Origin: Sedimentisphaerales bacterium
GTDB taxonomy: Bacteria > Planctomycetota > Phycisphaerae > Sedimentisphaerales > SM23-30
DNA: 64,000 bases
Direction: 5' to 3'
Assembly: GCA_963663965.2 (NCBI GenBank)
Contig: CAXXFK010000022.1
Location: 1-64,000, forward strand
Below the pieces are notes generated by a model, which made no database searches, was not told the DNA's origin, and saw only the letters and a list, made by a program, of their open reading frames with translations. The position numbers and the translations under genes were made by a program. Positions 40,431-51,138 of this stretch are shown here, in pieces; the stretch's first letter is position 1, and each line of letters opens with the position of its first letter.

Positions 40431-42143
40431 ATGACCGAAAAATCATCTAATAATATAGCAGGAAAGATAATCTCCTCTTTATTTGGAATATTTTTCCTTG
40501 GTATGTCGATCCAGTTTGCCCTGTCGATTATCGGGGAGGTCAGGCAGGAGTACCAAACCCGTTTCTGGACAGAGACACCCTGCCGGATTATTCAATCGGA
40601 AGTAGCCAAAGAACAGAATCGTTCCAAGCCCTATTGCGCAGCAATCACCTATCGTTACGACTATCAGGGGGAGACTTATGACAGCGATCAGCTGGAATTA
40701 AAACCGGAGTATTCTGGTGATTATCAGAAAGCGCAGGCCCTGATCGATCGATATCCTGTTGACAGTGTGGCAGTCTGTTACGTTAATCCAGTCGATCCGG
40801 CACAGGCGATCTTACAGCACGGTTCTTTGAACGCAATCTGGGCGCTATTGTTTGTGACACCGTTTGTCCTGATTGGCGGGGCTCTGGTCCTTCTGCCCTG
40901 GTGGAGCAAGACCGGGCAAGCCGGGAAGCAGAAATCGGTGGCTCCCCAATCATTGACCCATCAGGTCCGACGTGGGGGGAGCGGCTGTTTAATCTGGTTT
41001 TTTGGACTTTTTTTACTGTCCGGTCTTGGTATTTTGTATGGCATGTTTGTTGTGCCCTGGCTGAATTATCGCGATTCATTAAACTGGACAGCATGTCCCT
41101 GTGTGATCGAATCATCGCAGGTCATCTCCCATTATGATGGCGATGGGACAACTTACAGTATCGATATTTTATATCGATATACTTTTAACGGTATCGAGCA
41201 TAAGAGCAACCGGTACGACTTCTTTTCGGGGACAACCAGCGGACGCCGCAAATATCAGGCGATGGTCAACCGCTATCCGGCTGGTAGCGAGGGCCGCTGT
41301 TATGTCGATCCGGATGATCCATCGCAAGCGGTACTGGAACGGGAATGGCTGCGTGACAAAATATTTTTATTGATACCGATGGTATTTGTTATTGCGGGAC
41401 TGGCAGGGATTTATTTTGTTTTACGATCCCGGGGTTCCAGGAATAAATCGCGCATGAAGACGGGTACGGGATCCTATGGGACTGCCGATCAAAATCTCTG
41501 GCAGGATTATCAAAACATTGGAACCATCACGCTGAATTCGTATCAATCCCGTTTAAAAGACCTGGTATTGCGACTGGTTTTTGCATTATTCTGGAATGGC
41601 ATCGTATCGATCTTTGTTGTCCATGTTGTCGGTGGGCATATGAAAGGGCGGCCGGAGTGGTTTTTAACGTTGTTTCTGATTCCTTTTGTTCTTATCGGAT
41701 TATTTTTATTATTCTGGTTATTTCATGGATTTCTTGCTGTATTCAATACTGCCATCCAATTAAGTCTATATCCGGCTCCTATACGACTTGGGGCGCAAGC
41801 TGAACTGAGGTGGGAGATTACTCATGTCTCCTATCGACTGAAGCGCTTGATCATCCGTCTGGAAGGCCGTGAGGAAGTTACGGTTCAAGAGGGGAGCGGC
41901 AAGCGGCGCCGGGCCCAAATCAATCGAAGTAAGTTTTACGATGAGATATTATTTGAGCAAGCGTGTGATGCTGCTCCGATTGGCAGCGGTCAGGCAGTAC
42001 TGGCCATCCCGGCGGATCTGATGCATACTTTTAAATGTGGTAACAACCGGATTGTCTGGGAATTGCATGTTGAAGGCTTGGTGGATAAATGGCCGGATAT
42101 TCATGATAAATATCTCATTACCATTTTACCGATTTCTGAGTGA
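40431..42143 (+). CDS. Membrane protein with two DUF3592-like domains
   Basis: Two copies of W..TPC.I..S.V...Y.Y...G..Y.S...YP.G...CYV.P.DP.QA.L; multiple TMs; LFWNGIV. Confidence 0.75.
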   Translation: MTEKSSNNIAGKIISSLFGIFFLGMSIQFALSIIGEVRQEYQTRFWTETPCRIIQSEVAKEQNRSKPYCAAITYRYDYQGETYDSDQLELKPEYSGDYQKAQALIDRYPVDSVAVCYVNPVDPAQAILQHGSLNAIWALLFVTPFVLIGGALVLLPWWSKTGQAGKQKSVAPQSLTHQVRRGGSGCLIWFFGLFLLSGLGILYGMFVVPWLNYRDSLNWTACPCVIESSQVISHYDGDGTTYSIDILYRYTFNGIEHKSNRYDFFSGTTSGRRKYQAMVNRYPAGSEGRCYVDPDDPSQAVLEREWLRDKIFLLIPMVFVIAGLAGIYFVLRSRGSRNKSRMKTGTGSYGTADQNLWQDYQNIGTITLNSYQSRLKDLVLRLVFALFWNGIVSIFVVHVVGGHMKGRPEWFLTLFLIPFVLIGLFLLFWLFHGFLAVFNTAIQLSLYPAPIRLGAQAELRWEITHVSYRLKRLIIRLEGREEVTVQEGSGKRRRAQINRSKFYDEILFEQACDAAPIGSGQAVLAIPADLMHTFKCGNNRIVWELHVEGLVDKWPDIHDKYLITILPISE

Positions 42144-42517
42144 ACACCATGAACTTAATGACACTGACACTATACGATACTGAGAATCAACCAGCGCCGG
42201 GAGGGGCATTAAAAGGAGTTGCCGAATGGGAACTTGATGCGGAACCGGACCAACTGACTCTGGCGTTGATTTATTTTGTGGAGAGCCGGGCCGATGAAAG
42301 CCCGGTGTTGGTGGACAGCCACGAATGGGAAACGCCGGGTAGACAAGGCCGGCAAGAATTTACGTTTCAGCTGCCTCAATCACCCTATAGTTTTAAAGGA
42401 AAACTGATGACTTTAAAGTGGGCAGTGGAACTGACCACTGCTGAGTCGAATCTGTTTGAGCGTTGCGAATTTGTCTTAACTCCCACTGGCCAGGAAATTC
42501 AGTTGTCTAAGGTTTGA
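42140..42517 (+). CDS. Small arrestin/SpoOM-like beta-sandwich hypothetical protein
   Basis: FTFQLPQSPYSFKGKLMTLKW; overlaps the upstream stop. Confidence 0.55.
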   Translation: MNTMNLMTLTLYDTENQPAPGGALKGVAEWELDAEPDQLTLALIYFVESRADESPVLVDSHEWETPGRQGRQEFTFQLPQSPYSFKGKLMTLKWAVELTTAESNLFERCEFVLTPTGQEIQLSKV

Positions 42518-42555
42518 TTAACGATAAGGCCAATACAATAAGAAAGGAGACTGAT

Positions 42556-43386
42556 ATGTCGCATCCATTATCTTTGATTTTAGGTGTTCTGTTCTTTCCG
42601 GTCACTCTGTTCGGCAGTTGGGTCGTGGTGCATCCCCAGGAGGAAAAACTTGTATTGATCTGGGGACATCTGTGGAAAGTCATTAAGACGCCCAGTTTGA
42701 GTTTTATTAATCTGTTTGGACGGCGGATCATCGCGATCAGCACCAAACAACAAGCGATCGAGTTGCATAAGACGACCGTGGCTGACGCGAACGCCAATCC
42801 GATTATTGTGGCAGGGATCTGTACCTTTCGAGTGGTCGATTCGGTTAAGGCGGCGTTGGAGGTAGAGGATTATCATCTGTTTGTCCGGTCCCAGGCGGTG
42901 GCAGTATTGAAACAGGTGGCGTCGAAATATCCCTATGAATCGCCCGATGGCCACAGTTTGAAAGATGAGGCGGTGAAGATCAGCCAGGAAATGGTGGGGA
43001 TTCTGAGCAAGAAGGTCGCATCGGCCGGGGTGGAAATTATTTCCTATGAACTGTCGGATTTGTCGTACGCGCCAGAAATTGCCCAGGCGATGCTGGTGCG
43101 TCAGCAGGCCCAGGCGCTGGTGGGGGCGCGGAAGATTATTGTGGAAGGCGCGGTAGAAATTGTCAAAGAGGCCATGTCGCATTTGAAGCAGAGTCATATT
43201 CAGATCGATCCATTACATCAGTCGAAGGTGGTGGGGAATCTGTTGGCGATCATCTGTGGCGAGGCCAAAGTGCAACCGACATATGAAATTCAGGATTATG
43301 ATTCGGAAGATCAGGGCGCCCAGATGCATAAGATGAATGAACATCTGGCGGAGATTCGCAAAATCCTCAAGGAGCAGAAAGGCTAG
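42556..43386 (+). CDS. SPFH/band 7 domain protein
   Basis: DANANPIIVAG, LSYAPEIAQAMLVRQQAQA; AAGGAG RBS before ATG at 42556. Confidence 0.88.
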   Translation: MSHPLSLILGVLFFPVTLFGSWVVVHPQEEKLVLIWGHLWKVIKTPSLSFINLFGRRIIAISTKQQAIELHKTTVADANANPIIVAGICTFRVVDSVKAALEVEDYHLFVRSQAVAVLKQVASKYPYESPDGHSLKDEAVKISQEMVGILSKKVASAGVEIISYELSDLSYAPEIAQAMLVRQQAQALVGARKIIVEGAVEIVKEAMSHLKQSHIQIDPLHQSKVVGNLLAIICGEAKVQPTYEIQDYDSEDQGAQMHKMNEHLAEIRKILKEQKG

Positions 43387-43389
43387 CCA

Positions 43390-45081
43390 TCAGTTGGCGG
43401 CCGCCAGTTGATATTCGGTCAGGATGTTATCCATATCCGGTTGAAGGAAGACCTCGGCCAGTTCCGGATCGAACTGGGTGCCGCTGAACCGCCTGATTTC
43501 AGCCAGCGCCATATCCAGCGGCATGGCATTGCGATAGTGGCGGTTGGAGATCATGGCGTCGAAGGAATCGGCCAGCATGACAATGCGGCCGGACAGCGGG
43601 ATTTCAGTACCACGCAAACCGCGCGGGTATCCTCTGCCATCGTAACGCTCGTGATGACTCAGAACGGTTTCCCTGACTTCGGCCATCTGTTTGATTTCTT
43701 TGAGGATATTGAATCCAATCTGGGGATGCTTTTTGATTTGTTCGTATTCATCATCGGTGAGACGGCCCGGTTTGCACAAGACGGCTTCACTGACACCGAT
43801 TTTACCGACATCATGCAGTAAACCGGCCAGATAAATGGTGTCGATCTGCTGAGGTGACAGGCCGATTCGTTCGGCGATGCTGCGGGAAATCAGGGCGACA
43901 CGCTGAGAATGGCCGCAGGTATAGGGGTCTTTGGCGTCGATGCTGTTGGTCAGAGCTCCCAGCGAGCCCAGCAGCAGTTCCTGCATGTCGTCGTATAAGC
44001 TGCGGTTTTCCAGAAAGACGGCCAGTTCGACCGCGACGAGATCCAGCAGTTTGACATCGATGCTGTTGAAATCCGGACGGGTCTGTTTATTCACGGCAAC
44101 CAGAAAACCGAATACCTTTCGGTCAAGCTGGATGGGCATGAGGATCACGTTTTTGATGGGATCCGGCCAGCGATGCTGCATTGGGCTGTCTACGCTGCCG
44201 TCAATTAAATAGGGCTTGTTGTTTTCAATCAATTCGAGTGCCCGATCCCAAAGATAGCGGAACTGGGATTCGCTGAAGGAAATCTGTCGACAGGACGTCA
44301 CGGAGGGCAACAAGTCGCCAAAATCATCCGGACTAATTTTTCGACCGGAATTGTTTTGTCTGTTCCAGAACAGGAGCATATCATTGCATTCGAGCACTTC
44401 GCTTAACTGGCTGACCAGTTGATCAAAGTACCGATTCAGGTCCTGAGTCAGGCGCATATTATCCGTCATTTTATGCAAGAGGGCCAGCTCTTCGTAGCAT
44501 TGCACCAGGGATTGACTCAGGGCTTCAATTTCGCCATTCTGGCGGGACAGATCCATCGAGCGGCCAATCAGGTGCTGGATGATCACCGAGACCAAACTGG
44601 CAGTGCGTTCGGATGAGAATGTCTGTCCCAGGGTATTGCGGAAAAAGAGTTCACTATCGACCCCGAAACGATCGCAGGTTCGCTGAAAGGCTTCGGTTTT
44701 TTTCTGAGCCAGGCTATTGAGACAGACAAACAGGCAGGCGGACCGCCGGAAATCTTCATGAACGGGCAGCATCATAAACTGGCCCTGTCGAGGGCAGGCG
44801 CCCAGAAAAATTTTACCCTGATCGTTTAAATCCTCGATCATCCCGCCCTGTTCAATCCATTCCTGTACTCCTTCTTCGCTGGATAGTTTTTTCATCAGTT
44901 GAGTGTTGCGGGAAGGGCAATTTTCACAGAGGCCTTCGCCGGCGCATTCGTTGAGGGAATACGGTTTTCCGATGTTGTCAATCAATATCGCCGGCAGGTG
45001 CAAACCGTTTAGCAGGCGGATAATCTCGCGGCAAGCTGCAATACTGAAATGGCGGGTATTCTGTAAAACTGAAAGTTGCAT
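43390..45081 (-). CDS. GAF plus HD-GYP phosphodiesterase (c-di-GMP turnover)
   Basis: DAKDPYTCGHSQRV, LLHDVGK, HHERYDGRGYPRGL, SGTQFDP. Confidence 0.9.
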   Translation of the reverse strand: MQLSVLQNTRHFSIAACREIIRLLNGLHLPAILIDNIGKPYSLNECAGEGLCENCPSRNTQLMKKLSSEEGVQEWIEQGGMIEDLNDQGKIFLGACPRQGQFMMLPVHEDFRRSACLFVCLNSLAQKKTEAFQRTCDRFGVDSELFFRNTLGQTFSSERTASLVSVIIQHLIGRSMDLSRQNGEIEALSQSLVQCYEELALLHKMTDNMRLTQDLNRYFDQLVSQLSEVLECNDMLLFWNRQNNSGRKISPDDFGDLLPSVTSCRQISFSESQFRYLWDRALELIENNKPYLIDGSVDSPMQHRWPDPIKNVILMPIQLDRKVFGFLVAVNKQTRPDFNSIDVKLLDLVAVELAVFLENRSLYDDMQELLLGSLGALTNSIDAKDPYTCGHSQRVALISRSIAERIGLSPQQIDTIYLAGLLHDVGKIGVSEAVLCKPGRLTDDEYEQIKKHPQIGFNILKEIKQMAEVRETVLSHHERYDGRGYPRGLRGTEIPLSGRIVMLADSFDAMISNRHYRNAMPLDMALAEIRRFSGTQFDPELAEVFLQPDMDNILTEYQLAAAN

Positions 45082-45144
45082 GGTGACAGAATGGTATGGC
45101 GATCAATCGATGCTGAGTGCTGATCCGGATAATCCGGTCAGCAT

Positions 45145-45519
45145 TCACGCCGTTACCAGGATTTCCTCCACGATATGTAATAATTCACGCGGGCCGAACG
45201 GTTTATTAATGCAAACCCGCACTCCGATTTCGTTCATTTCATTTTCGTCCAGAGAAAAGCCTCTGGCGGTCAGCATGACTGCTGGAATATGGCGAGTTGA
45301 CGGCAGTTGTTTCAGGCGCCGGCAAAGTTCCAGGCCGGACAGGAATGGCATCTGGTAATCGGTAATGACCAAATCGGGCAGCTCAAACTGGGCGCGCTCC
45401 AGCGCTTCTTTGCCATTGCGAGCGGTGAGTACATCATAGCCGGCATTACGGAATTTGAGAGAAATGACATGCAGGATATGAATTTCATCATCCACTACCA
45501 AAATTTTTGCTTTTGCCAT
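45145..45519 (-). CDS. Single-domain response regulator
   Basis: ILVVDDE, DLVITDYQMP, MLTA, KPF. Confidence 0.92.
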   Translation of the reverse strand: MAKAKILVVDDEIHILHVISLKFRNAGYDVLTARNGKEALERAQFELPDLVITDYQMPFLSGLELCRRLKQLPSTRHIPAVMLTARGFSLDENEMNEIGVRVCINKPFGPRELLHIVEEILVTA

Positions 45520-45549
45520 CGGGTGGCTCCTGATATTAGATGTTCGAGC

Positions 45550-47049
45550 TTAATGGAGTGTCTGCCGGCAGTATTCCTCACACAGTGAGTCGGGCAGCAG
45601 TTCGGGATCATTCATACGCGGCAATCTGACGGTAAAGCAACTACCCTGTCCCGGTTTACTATGCAGGGTGATCGCGCCATGATGGACTGTTTCGACAACC
45701 TGGCGCACCAGATTGAGGCCCAGACCGGTGCCGCTGGCCAGTTGCGCATGGGCCGGAACTCGATAAAACTTTTCAAAAATGCGTTCATGGTCTTCGGGGG
45801 TGATGCCATAACCCTGATCTTCGATCTCCATGACAGTCCATTCTTCTTCATGCCGGGCCCGCAGAGAGATCCGGGATCGTTCGGGGGAGTATTTAACAGC
45901 ATTGCCGATCAGGTTGGCGAATACCTGAAACATCATATCCCGATCGGCAAACAGGATCATTTCCGGTTCATCCATTGACGTATCGAGGGCGATCTGTTTG
46001 TCCTGTAATTGCGGGTTCATCATAAATATAACATCGTCAAACAAGGCGGCGATATTAAGCGGCTGTTTATTTTCGCGCCAGCGTCCGGCTTCAATTTTGG
46101 AGAGATTCAGGATATTATCGATCATTCGATTCAGGCGTAGAGACTGATCCTGAATGATATCGCAGAACGACCGGGCTGTCTGGGGCGAACCGGCTTCGTT
46201 ATCGGCCAGCATTTCGGCATAAGCGCGGATACTGGCCAGCGGTGTTTTCAATTCGTGGGAAACGGAGTTGATAATGTCATCTTTCATACGTGACATTTCC
46301 CGTTCAGCCGTTATATCATGAATAATTACTACTACTCCTACAGGCCTCTCATTGTCATTCAGCACACAGGAAGCCATGACCTTAAGGATGATTTCGCGTC
46401 CAGTTATCGGATGTGTCCGCACCAGTTGTTCGGTGCGGTTGCTGGAGCGTTCACTCTGAACCCGATAGATCAGAGCCAACAGTTCCCGGTCATTGACGGC
46501 CAGATCGATCGGCTCGCGGTAATTGAATTCCTGACTGAAGTCAAAGATGTCCTCGGCAGCGGGATTGGCCAGCAGTAATTCATTGTTGGGATCCACGACG
46601 ATGACTGCTTCGGAGATGCTGTAAAAAATCGCTTCAGCCTGGCGTTTTTCCGCTTCGGCGACATCGACCCGGATATTCAGTTCACGGAGCCAGTCCTGTT
46701 CCTGTTGCGTTTGAAAACGGATGCCGGTCAGGTAACGATTCAGCGCACTGCTGAGCCGCATCAGTTCCTCGTTTTCATCGATCATAATCATACCGATTTG
46801 CCGATCCCGATCCAGGCGGTCAATCTGACGGGTGATACTGCGAATCGCACAGAGGTGATTGTGGCAGATGCTGACGACAATCAACAGGGCGATGAATGAC
46901 GCCGCCGCCGCCGTGGTCAACGCCAGCCAGAGCGGAAACGCGTCGTGTAACCAGGCATGCAGGAGAAAACCGGCACAACCGGTTCCTGAAGCGACCAATA
47001 CAATCGTTCCTAATAGTATGGTTAGCTTATTGATCGACATTGCCATCAT
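45550..47049 (-). CDS. Membrane PAS sensor histidine kinase
   Basis: Two TMs, PAS, SHELKTPL, NLIGNAVKYS, DQGYGI, GTGLGL. Confidence 0.92.
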   Translation of the reverse strand: MMAMSINKLTILLGTIVLVASGTGCAGFLLHAWLHDAFPLWLALTTAAAASFIALLIVVSICHNHLCAIRSITRQIDRLDRDRQIGMIMIDENEELMRLSSALNRYLTGIRFQTQQEQDWLRELNIRVDVAEAEKRQAEAIFYSISEAVIVVDPNNELLLANPAAEDIFDFSQEFNYREPIDLAVNDRELLALIYRVQSERSSNRTEQLVRTHPITGREIILKVMASCVLNDNERPVGVVVIIHDITAEREMSRMKDDIINSVSHELKTPLASIRAYAEMLADNEAGSPQTARSFCDIIQDQSLRLNRMIDNILNLSKIEAGRWRENKQPLNIAALFDDVIFMMNPQLQDKQIALDTSMDEPEMILFADRDMMFQVFANLIGNAVKYSPERSRISLRARHEEEWTVMEIEDQGYGITPEDHERIFEKFYRVPAHAQLASGTGLGLNLVRQVVETVHHGAITLHSKPGQGSCFTVRLPRMNDPELLPDSLCEEYCRQTLH

Positions 47050-47090
47050 CTATTCCATACCGCCACGACCTGACAGTATTGAATTTCCGG

Positions 47091-48317
47091 TTAATAATTG
47101 TTGGGTAGCGATCCGGCCGTTTCCACCTTTTCGATTTGCTGTGACAGTCGCAGGGCAATCGGATTAGCAGGATCGATTTCCAGCGCCTGAGCGAGCGCCG
47201 CTCGCGCTTCGACCACCGAGCCCTGGCTTAATTTCAATCGGCAAATCATGGTATAGACCAGGGGATCCCGGGGAGCCAGGCTTCTGGCCTTAATCAGGTC
47301 GTTTTGAGCGCTCTGACCGGCCCCGATCATGATATTGACATAGGCGCTGAGGACGTATGTTTCGGGATCGGTGTCATTCAGTTGAAGCGCCCGTTCGATC
47401 CAGATGCGGCTGCGACTCCAGTCTTTGAGGCCGGTAGCGGTCTGGGCCAGCCGCTTATAGATGGCCGCGTCGTTCGGACGGTGGTCTCTGACCCGTTCGA
47501 ACTGGCGCTGGGCCAGGCGGTATCGTTCCAGCAGCAGATAACATTCCCCCATAGCCAGATGCCGGGCAATCAACGCGTCGGTATCAGCAGAATCAGAGGT
47601 CTCGAGTTTTTCGAAGTAGTTGAGAGCAATCTGGGGTTTGCCGTTTTTTAAGGATATATACGCGCACGCTTCGATCAATTCCGGATCATCCGGTTGCAGC
47701 AGCAATGCCTTGCGGTACATATTTTCGGCGCGTTCATTCATTTCGAGGCTGGCCAAAACCTGAGCCGCGACGTAGAATAGACGTGTATCCTGGCGTCCCT
47801 GTTCCAGGGGGCGGTTGAGAATGTCCAGCGCTTCGCCAAGCCGGTTGCCGGCGGCCAGGGTCTGGGCCAGGGCAATGGTATAGGGGAGATAATCGGGTTC
47901 GAGCTCGGCGGCTTTGCGATAGCTGTCGATGGCCCGATCATTTTCTCCCGAACGCTCGTTGAAAATTCCCCGGACGTAGTAATTTTCCGGGTCGTTTGGA
48001 TTGAGGTGTTGCGCCAGACTCAAATTGGAAGCGGCGTCATCCACCTGTCCCAGTTCCAGTTGAACCCGTGCCATGATCAGCCAGGCGGGTCCATAATTTT
48101 TATCCAATCCAGTCGCTTCCTGAGCGCTGAGCAGCGCTTTCTGGAACTGGCCGTTTTCGTACTGTTGACGGGCCAGGTCGACGGCCAGTTTGACGCGGGT
48201 TTGATTCCAACGCGCGAGGGCGGCATTTTTATTTTTCTGATGCTGAGAATCGCATCCGCATAAAAATACCGCCCAGGCGATACATCCAATGGTTATCCAG
48301 AGCGACTTGCCTCTCAT
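47091..48317 (-). CDS. TPR-repeat lipoprotein (possible pilotin-like)
   Basis: FLCG-C lipobox; multiple TPRs; directly downstream of the secretin. Confidence 0.82.
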   Translation of the reverse strand: MRGKSLWITIGCIAWAVFLCGCDSQHQKNKNAALARWNQTRVKLAVDLARQQYENGQFQKALLSAQEATGLDKNYGPAWLIMARVQLELGQVDDAASNLSLAQHLNPNDPENYYVRGIFNERSGENDRAIDSYRKAAELEPDYLPYTIALAQTLAAGNRLGEALDILNRPLEQGRQDTRLFYVAAQVLASLEMNERAENMYRKALLLQPDDPELIEACAYISLKNGKPQIALNYFEKLETSDSADTDALIARHLAMGECYLLLERYRLAQRQFERVRDHRPNDAAIYKRLAQTATGLKDWSRSRIWIERALQLNDTDPETYVLSAYVNIMIGAGQSAQNDLIKARSLAPRDPLVYTMICRLKLSQGSVVEARAALAQALEIDPANPIALRLSQQIEKVETAGSLPNNY

Positions 48318-48347
48318 AGGCGCCGATTCCTTTTGTTAGAGATTAGT

Positions 48348-50225
48348 TTATTCCTGTTGAATGACATTTTGCATGAAGTAATGCATGTTGCCCATGTTGG
48401 CGACATAGATCTGGCGAACGCGTAATTCATCGCGCAGCAGGCGCGCTTCCATAATAGCAGGATTGATCGAGACGGCCATATCCGCATGCCACTTCGCAGA
48501 ATTAATTTTACCATTGTCTTTGCTGATCATGGCCTGATTGTAATGAGCGGCCGCCAGTCTTTCGCGACTGTGCCATTGCATATTCTCACGGATACCCGTT
48601 ACCAGACTATGGGCGTTGTTCAGCACGTTTTCGCCTTCGGCGTAATCGATTTCTTCTTTGATGATATGGGGGGTGATCAGGAAGATGACTTCCTCTTTGG
48701 TATTTTCATCGACGGTACTGCGGAAGAGCGAGCCGATCAAAGGCAGATTACCCGCCACTGGAATCTGTGAGCGGCCCAGGTTGGTGTTTTCACGGAACAA
48801 TCCACCAATAACGATGGTATTGCCATCTTTCACCAGAATATTCGTGTCAACCTGAGTGGTGGTTTTTTCCGGGAGCGCAAACGAGCCTTTAACGACTACA
48901 GAACCGGAACTATCTTCAGGATGCAATTCCATTCGAATATAACCATCATCCATGATAAAGGGGACAAAGCGAAGAATAGTACCGGTTTTGAGCATTTGTA
49001 CGCTCTGGGTGGTTGTGGTGGTGGAGGTCTCCGTGGTAATATAACCTTCGTCGCGACCAACGCGGACTTCAGCCGGTTGACGGTTGAGAGTCAGCACTTT
49101 GGGATTGCCCAGGGTGACTGCATCGTTGGTCGTTTCAATGGCGCGGATAAACATACCGATATTATTTTTAACAATACCGATATTGAGACCGGTATCGCTG
49201 ACATTGCCACGGAAGGCGGTGCCGCCGCTGAAGGTTGTGCCATTTAAGGCCGTCGCGTCAGAAGGCACCCCATTCACAAAACCATTTACCCCCTGGAAAT
49301 CAACGCCGCCCAGAACATCGAAATCGACGCCCAATTCATCTTTATCCGACAAAGTGACAACCAGAATGGTTGCCTCCACCAGAATCTGCGCGGGCCGACG
49401 ATCCAGTTCTTTTAAAGCGATCTCAACTTTTTCCAGGTATTCGGGATAATCCACGACAATCATGCAATTATTGCCGGCCCAGTTATCGCCGGTTTTTTCG
49501 GTGTCTTCGAATTTCGGCGTCGAGACAATGGCGCCGTTGGCGCTCAGTAATTTCGCGATCATTTTTTCGGCATCGACCGTTGAGATATAATTCAGACGAA
49601 AGACCCTGGTTTCGGTTTTGCGTTCGGCTTCTTTGATGATTTGGTATTCTTTATCGGTGTAGACATAGATAAACCCATCCTTTTTCTCATACGCATAACC
49701 GTTCGGCGGTAGTACGGCATCGAGTATCTGCTCGCAGGTAACATCAAACAAATTAACTGAAATCTGACCGGCCACTTGCCGTGTCGGGATAATATTGATA
49801 TTGCAGGTAACGCTTAAAAACCGGATGAAATCGACGACATCACCCTTGAAAACGACCGAAGGGAGGGTTCCGTCGGCTTGCATCGGCGCTACTTCCAGAA
49901 TGGACTCGGTTTTTTCGGCCGGATTGGTGGCCATCGCATCCTGATTCTCTTCGGCAGCGATCTCGACAGTGGTATCCTGGGCATCCGCCGAGGCGTCCTG
50001 AGTGGCAGGAGGATAGACGTTATTCGTTTCGGGATTATCGGCCAGTTCTTTCTGGACGGCCGATAAAACTTCTTCACGCATTTCAGAAGCATCATCCCCG
50101 GACATGTCAAAGGCCTGGCTGAGAATATTTTGAACTGTCGAGGAATCACCGGATTCGCCGAGCACGGGAATCGCACTGATTGCCAGAGTCGTTAACACTA
50201 TCCAAAACAATTTGTTGTTGCGCAT
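48348..50225 (-). CDS. Secretin (GspD/PilQ family)
   Basis: LDRRPAQILVEATI, NPKVLTLNRQPA, VKDGNTIVIGGL, IPVAGNLPLIGSLF, FLITPHII. Confidence 0.9.
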   Translation of the reverse strand: MRNNKLFWIVLTTLAISAIPVLGESGDSSTVQNILSQAFDMSGDDASEMREEVLSAVQKELADNPETNNVYPPATQDASADAQDTTVEIAAEENQDAMATNPAEKTESILEVAPMQADGTLPSVVFKGDVVDFIRFLSVTCNINIIPTRQVAGQISVNLFDVTCEQILDAVLPPNGYAYEKKDGFIYVYTDKEYQIIKEAERKTETRVFRLNYISTVDAEKMIAKLLSANGAIVSTPKFEDTEKTGDNWAGNNCMIVVDYPEYLEKVEIALKELDRRPAQILVEATILVVTLSDKDELGVDFDVLGGVDFQGVNGFVNGVPSDATALNGTTFSGGTAFRGNVSDTGLNIGIVKNNIGMFIRAIETTNDAVTLGNPKVLTLNRQPAEVRVGRDEGYITTETSTTTTTQSVQMLKTGTILRFVPFIMDDGYIRMELHPEDSSGSVVVKGSFALPEKTTTQVDTNILVKDGNTIVIGGLFRENTNLGRSQIPVAGNLPLIGSLFRSTVDENTKEEVIFLITPHIIKEEIDYAEGENVLNNAHSLVTGIRENMQWHSRERLAAAHYNQAMISKDNGKINSAKWHADMAVSINPAIMEARLLRDELRVRQIYVANMGNMHYFMQNVIQQE

Positions 50226-50497
50226 TTCTATTCTCCTGAAATACTGCTGAGTTAGAGACTTCGATAATACTGAGAAGTCCTCTCACATCGTTTGTATCGT
50301 CTTTTCTACACTAACAATTCATGATTAATACTCATCGGGTATCGATGATTCGGATTGCTTGCAAGCTAACTTTTTAGAATTAATATACTTATCTTATCGC
50401 GCGGCTGACAAAATCAGCCATTCAACGGTATTATCCGGTATTATTTTCAATTAATTATCGCCGCTATAATCGTCAAAACCGTTACAAAAGACACTGG

Positions 50498-51076
50498 TCA
50501 GGGATTGACGACCACATTGCCTGTCACCGGTTCAACCTGAATCCGGGCGGTTTCACTACCGTTACGAAGCACAATGGCGCCACTTACCAGTGGGGTATTA
50601 TCGATAATCGGACCGGCATAAGGTGCGCCCAGATAATCAAACCAAAGAACGGGACTGTCATCAAAACCGGCGCTATCAATAGTGATATTGGTGAAATGGG
50701 GATGGTTGTTAAAATCAATAGAAAAGAGGTGGCTGCTCGACCACTCAGCCACCTTATTAATCGGGTCGTTAACGATCGAGCCGTCAGCGTCCCGCATTTC
50801 AAACTTTTCGGTTACCTGGTCGACGACGATCTGGTAAGGTGTCTGCATCGTAATGGCAGCCGTCTGGGCATATCGAATCGTGGCTGCCATTTGCTCGGTT
50901 ACTTCCAGCACTCTCAGTCCGCCGGCATGGGAGAACATTGGCACCACTAATAATCCGACGATTCCGACAATGATCATCACCATCATTAATTCGATAATCG
51001 TAAAACCAGCGAGATTGCGATTCAAATCATATCGAACGGGTTTTCTAAGCAGGACAGGCATTCCCTGGGTATTCAT
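50498..51076 (-). CDS. GspH/FimT-like minor pilin
   Basis: G|FTIIELMM, IRYAQTAAI, FDYLGAP, VEPVTGNV; GAGG RBS before Met at 51076. Confidence 0.8.
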   Translation of the reverse strand: MNTQGMPVLLRKPVRYDLNRNLAGFTIIELMMVMIIVGIVGLLVVPMFSHAGGLRVLEVTEQMAATIRYAQTAAITMQTPYQIVVDQVTEKFEMRDADGSIVNDPINKVAEWSSSHLFSIDFNNHPHFTNITIDSAGFDDSPVLWFDYLGAPYAGPIIDNTPLVSGAIVLRNGSETARIQVEPVTGNVVVNP

Positions 51077-51138
51077 TTGGCTAACCTCATAAAATTTCAA
51101 TCAAAGAATAGATATCTGATCCAGGTTCCAAAGGCTGG

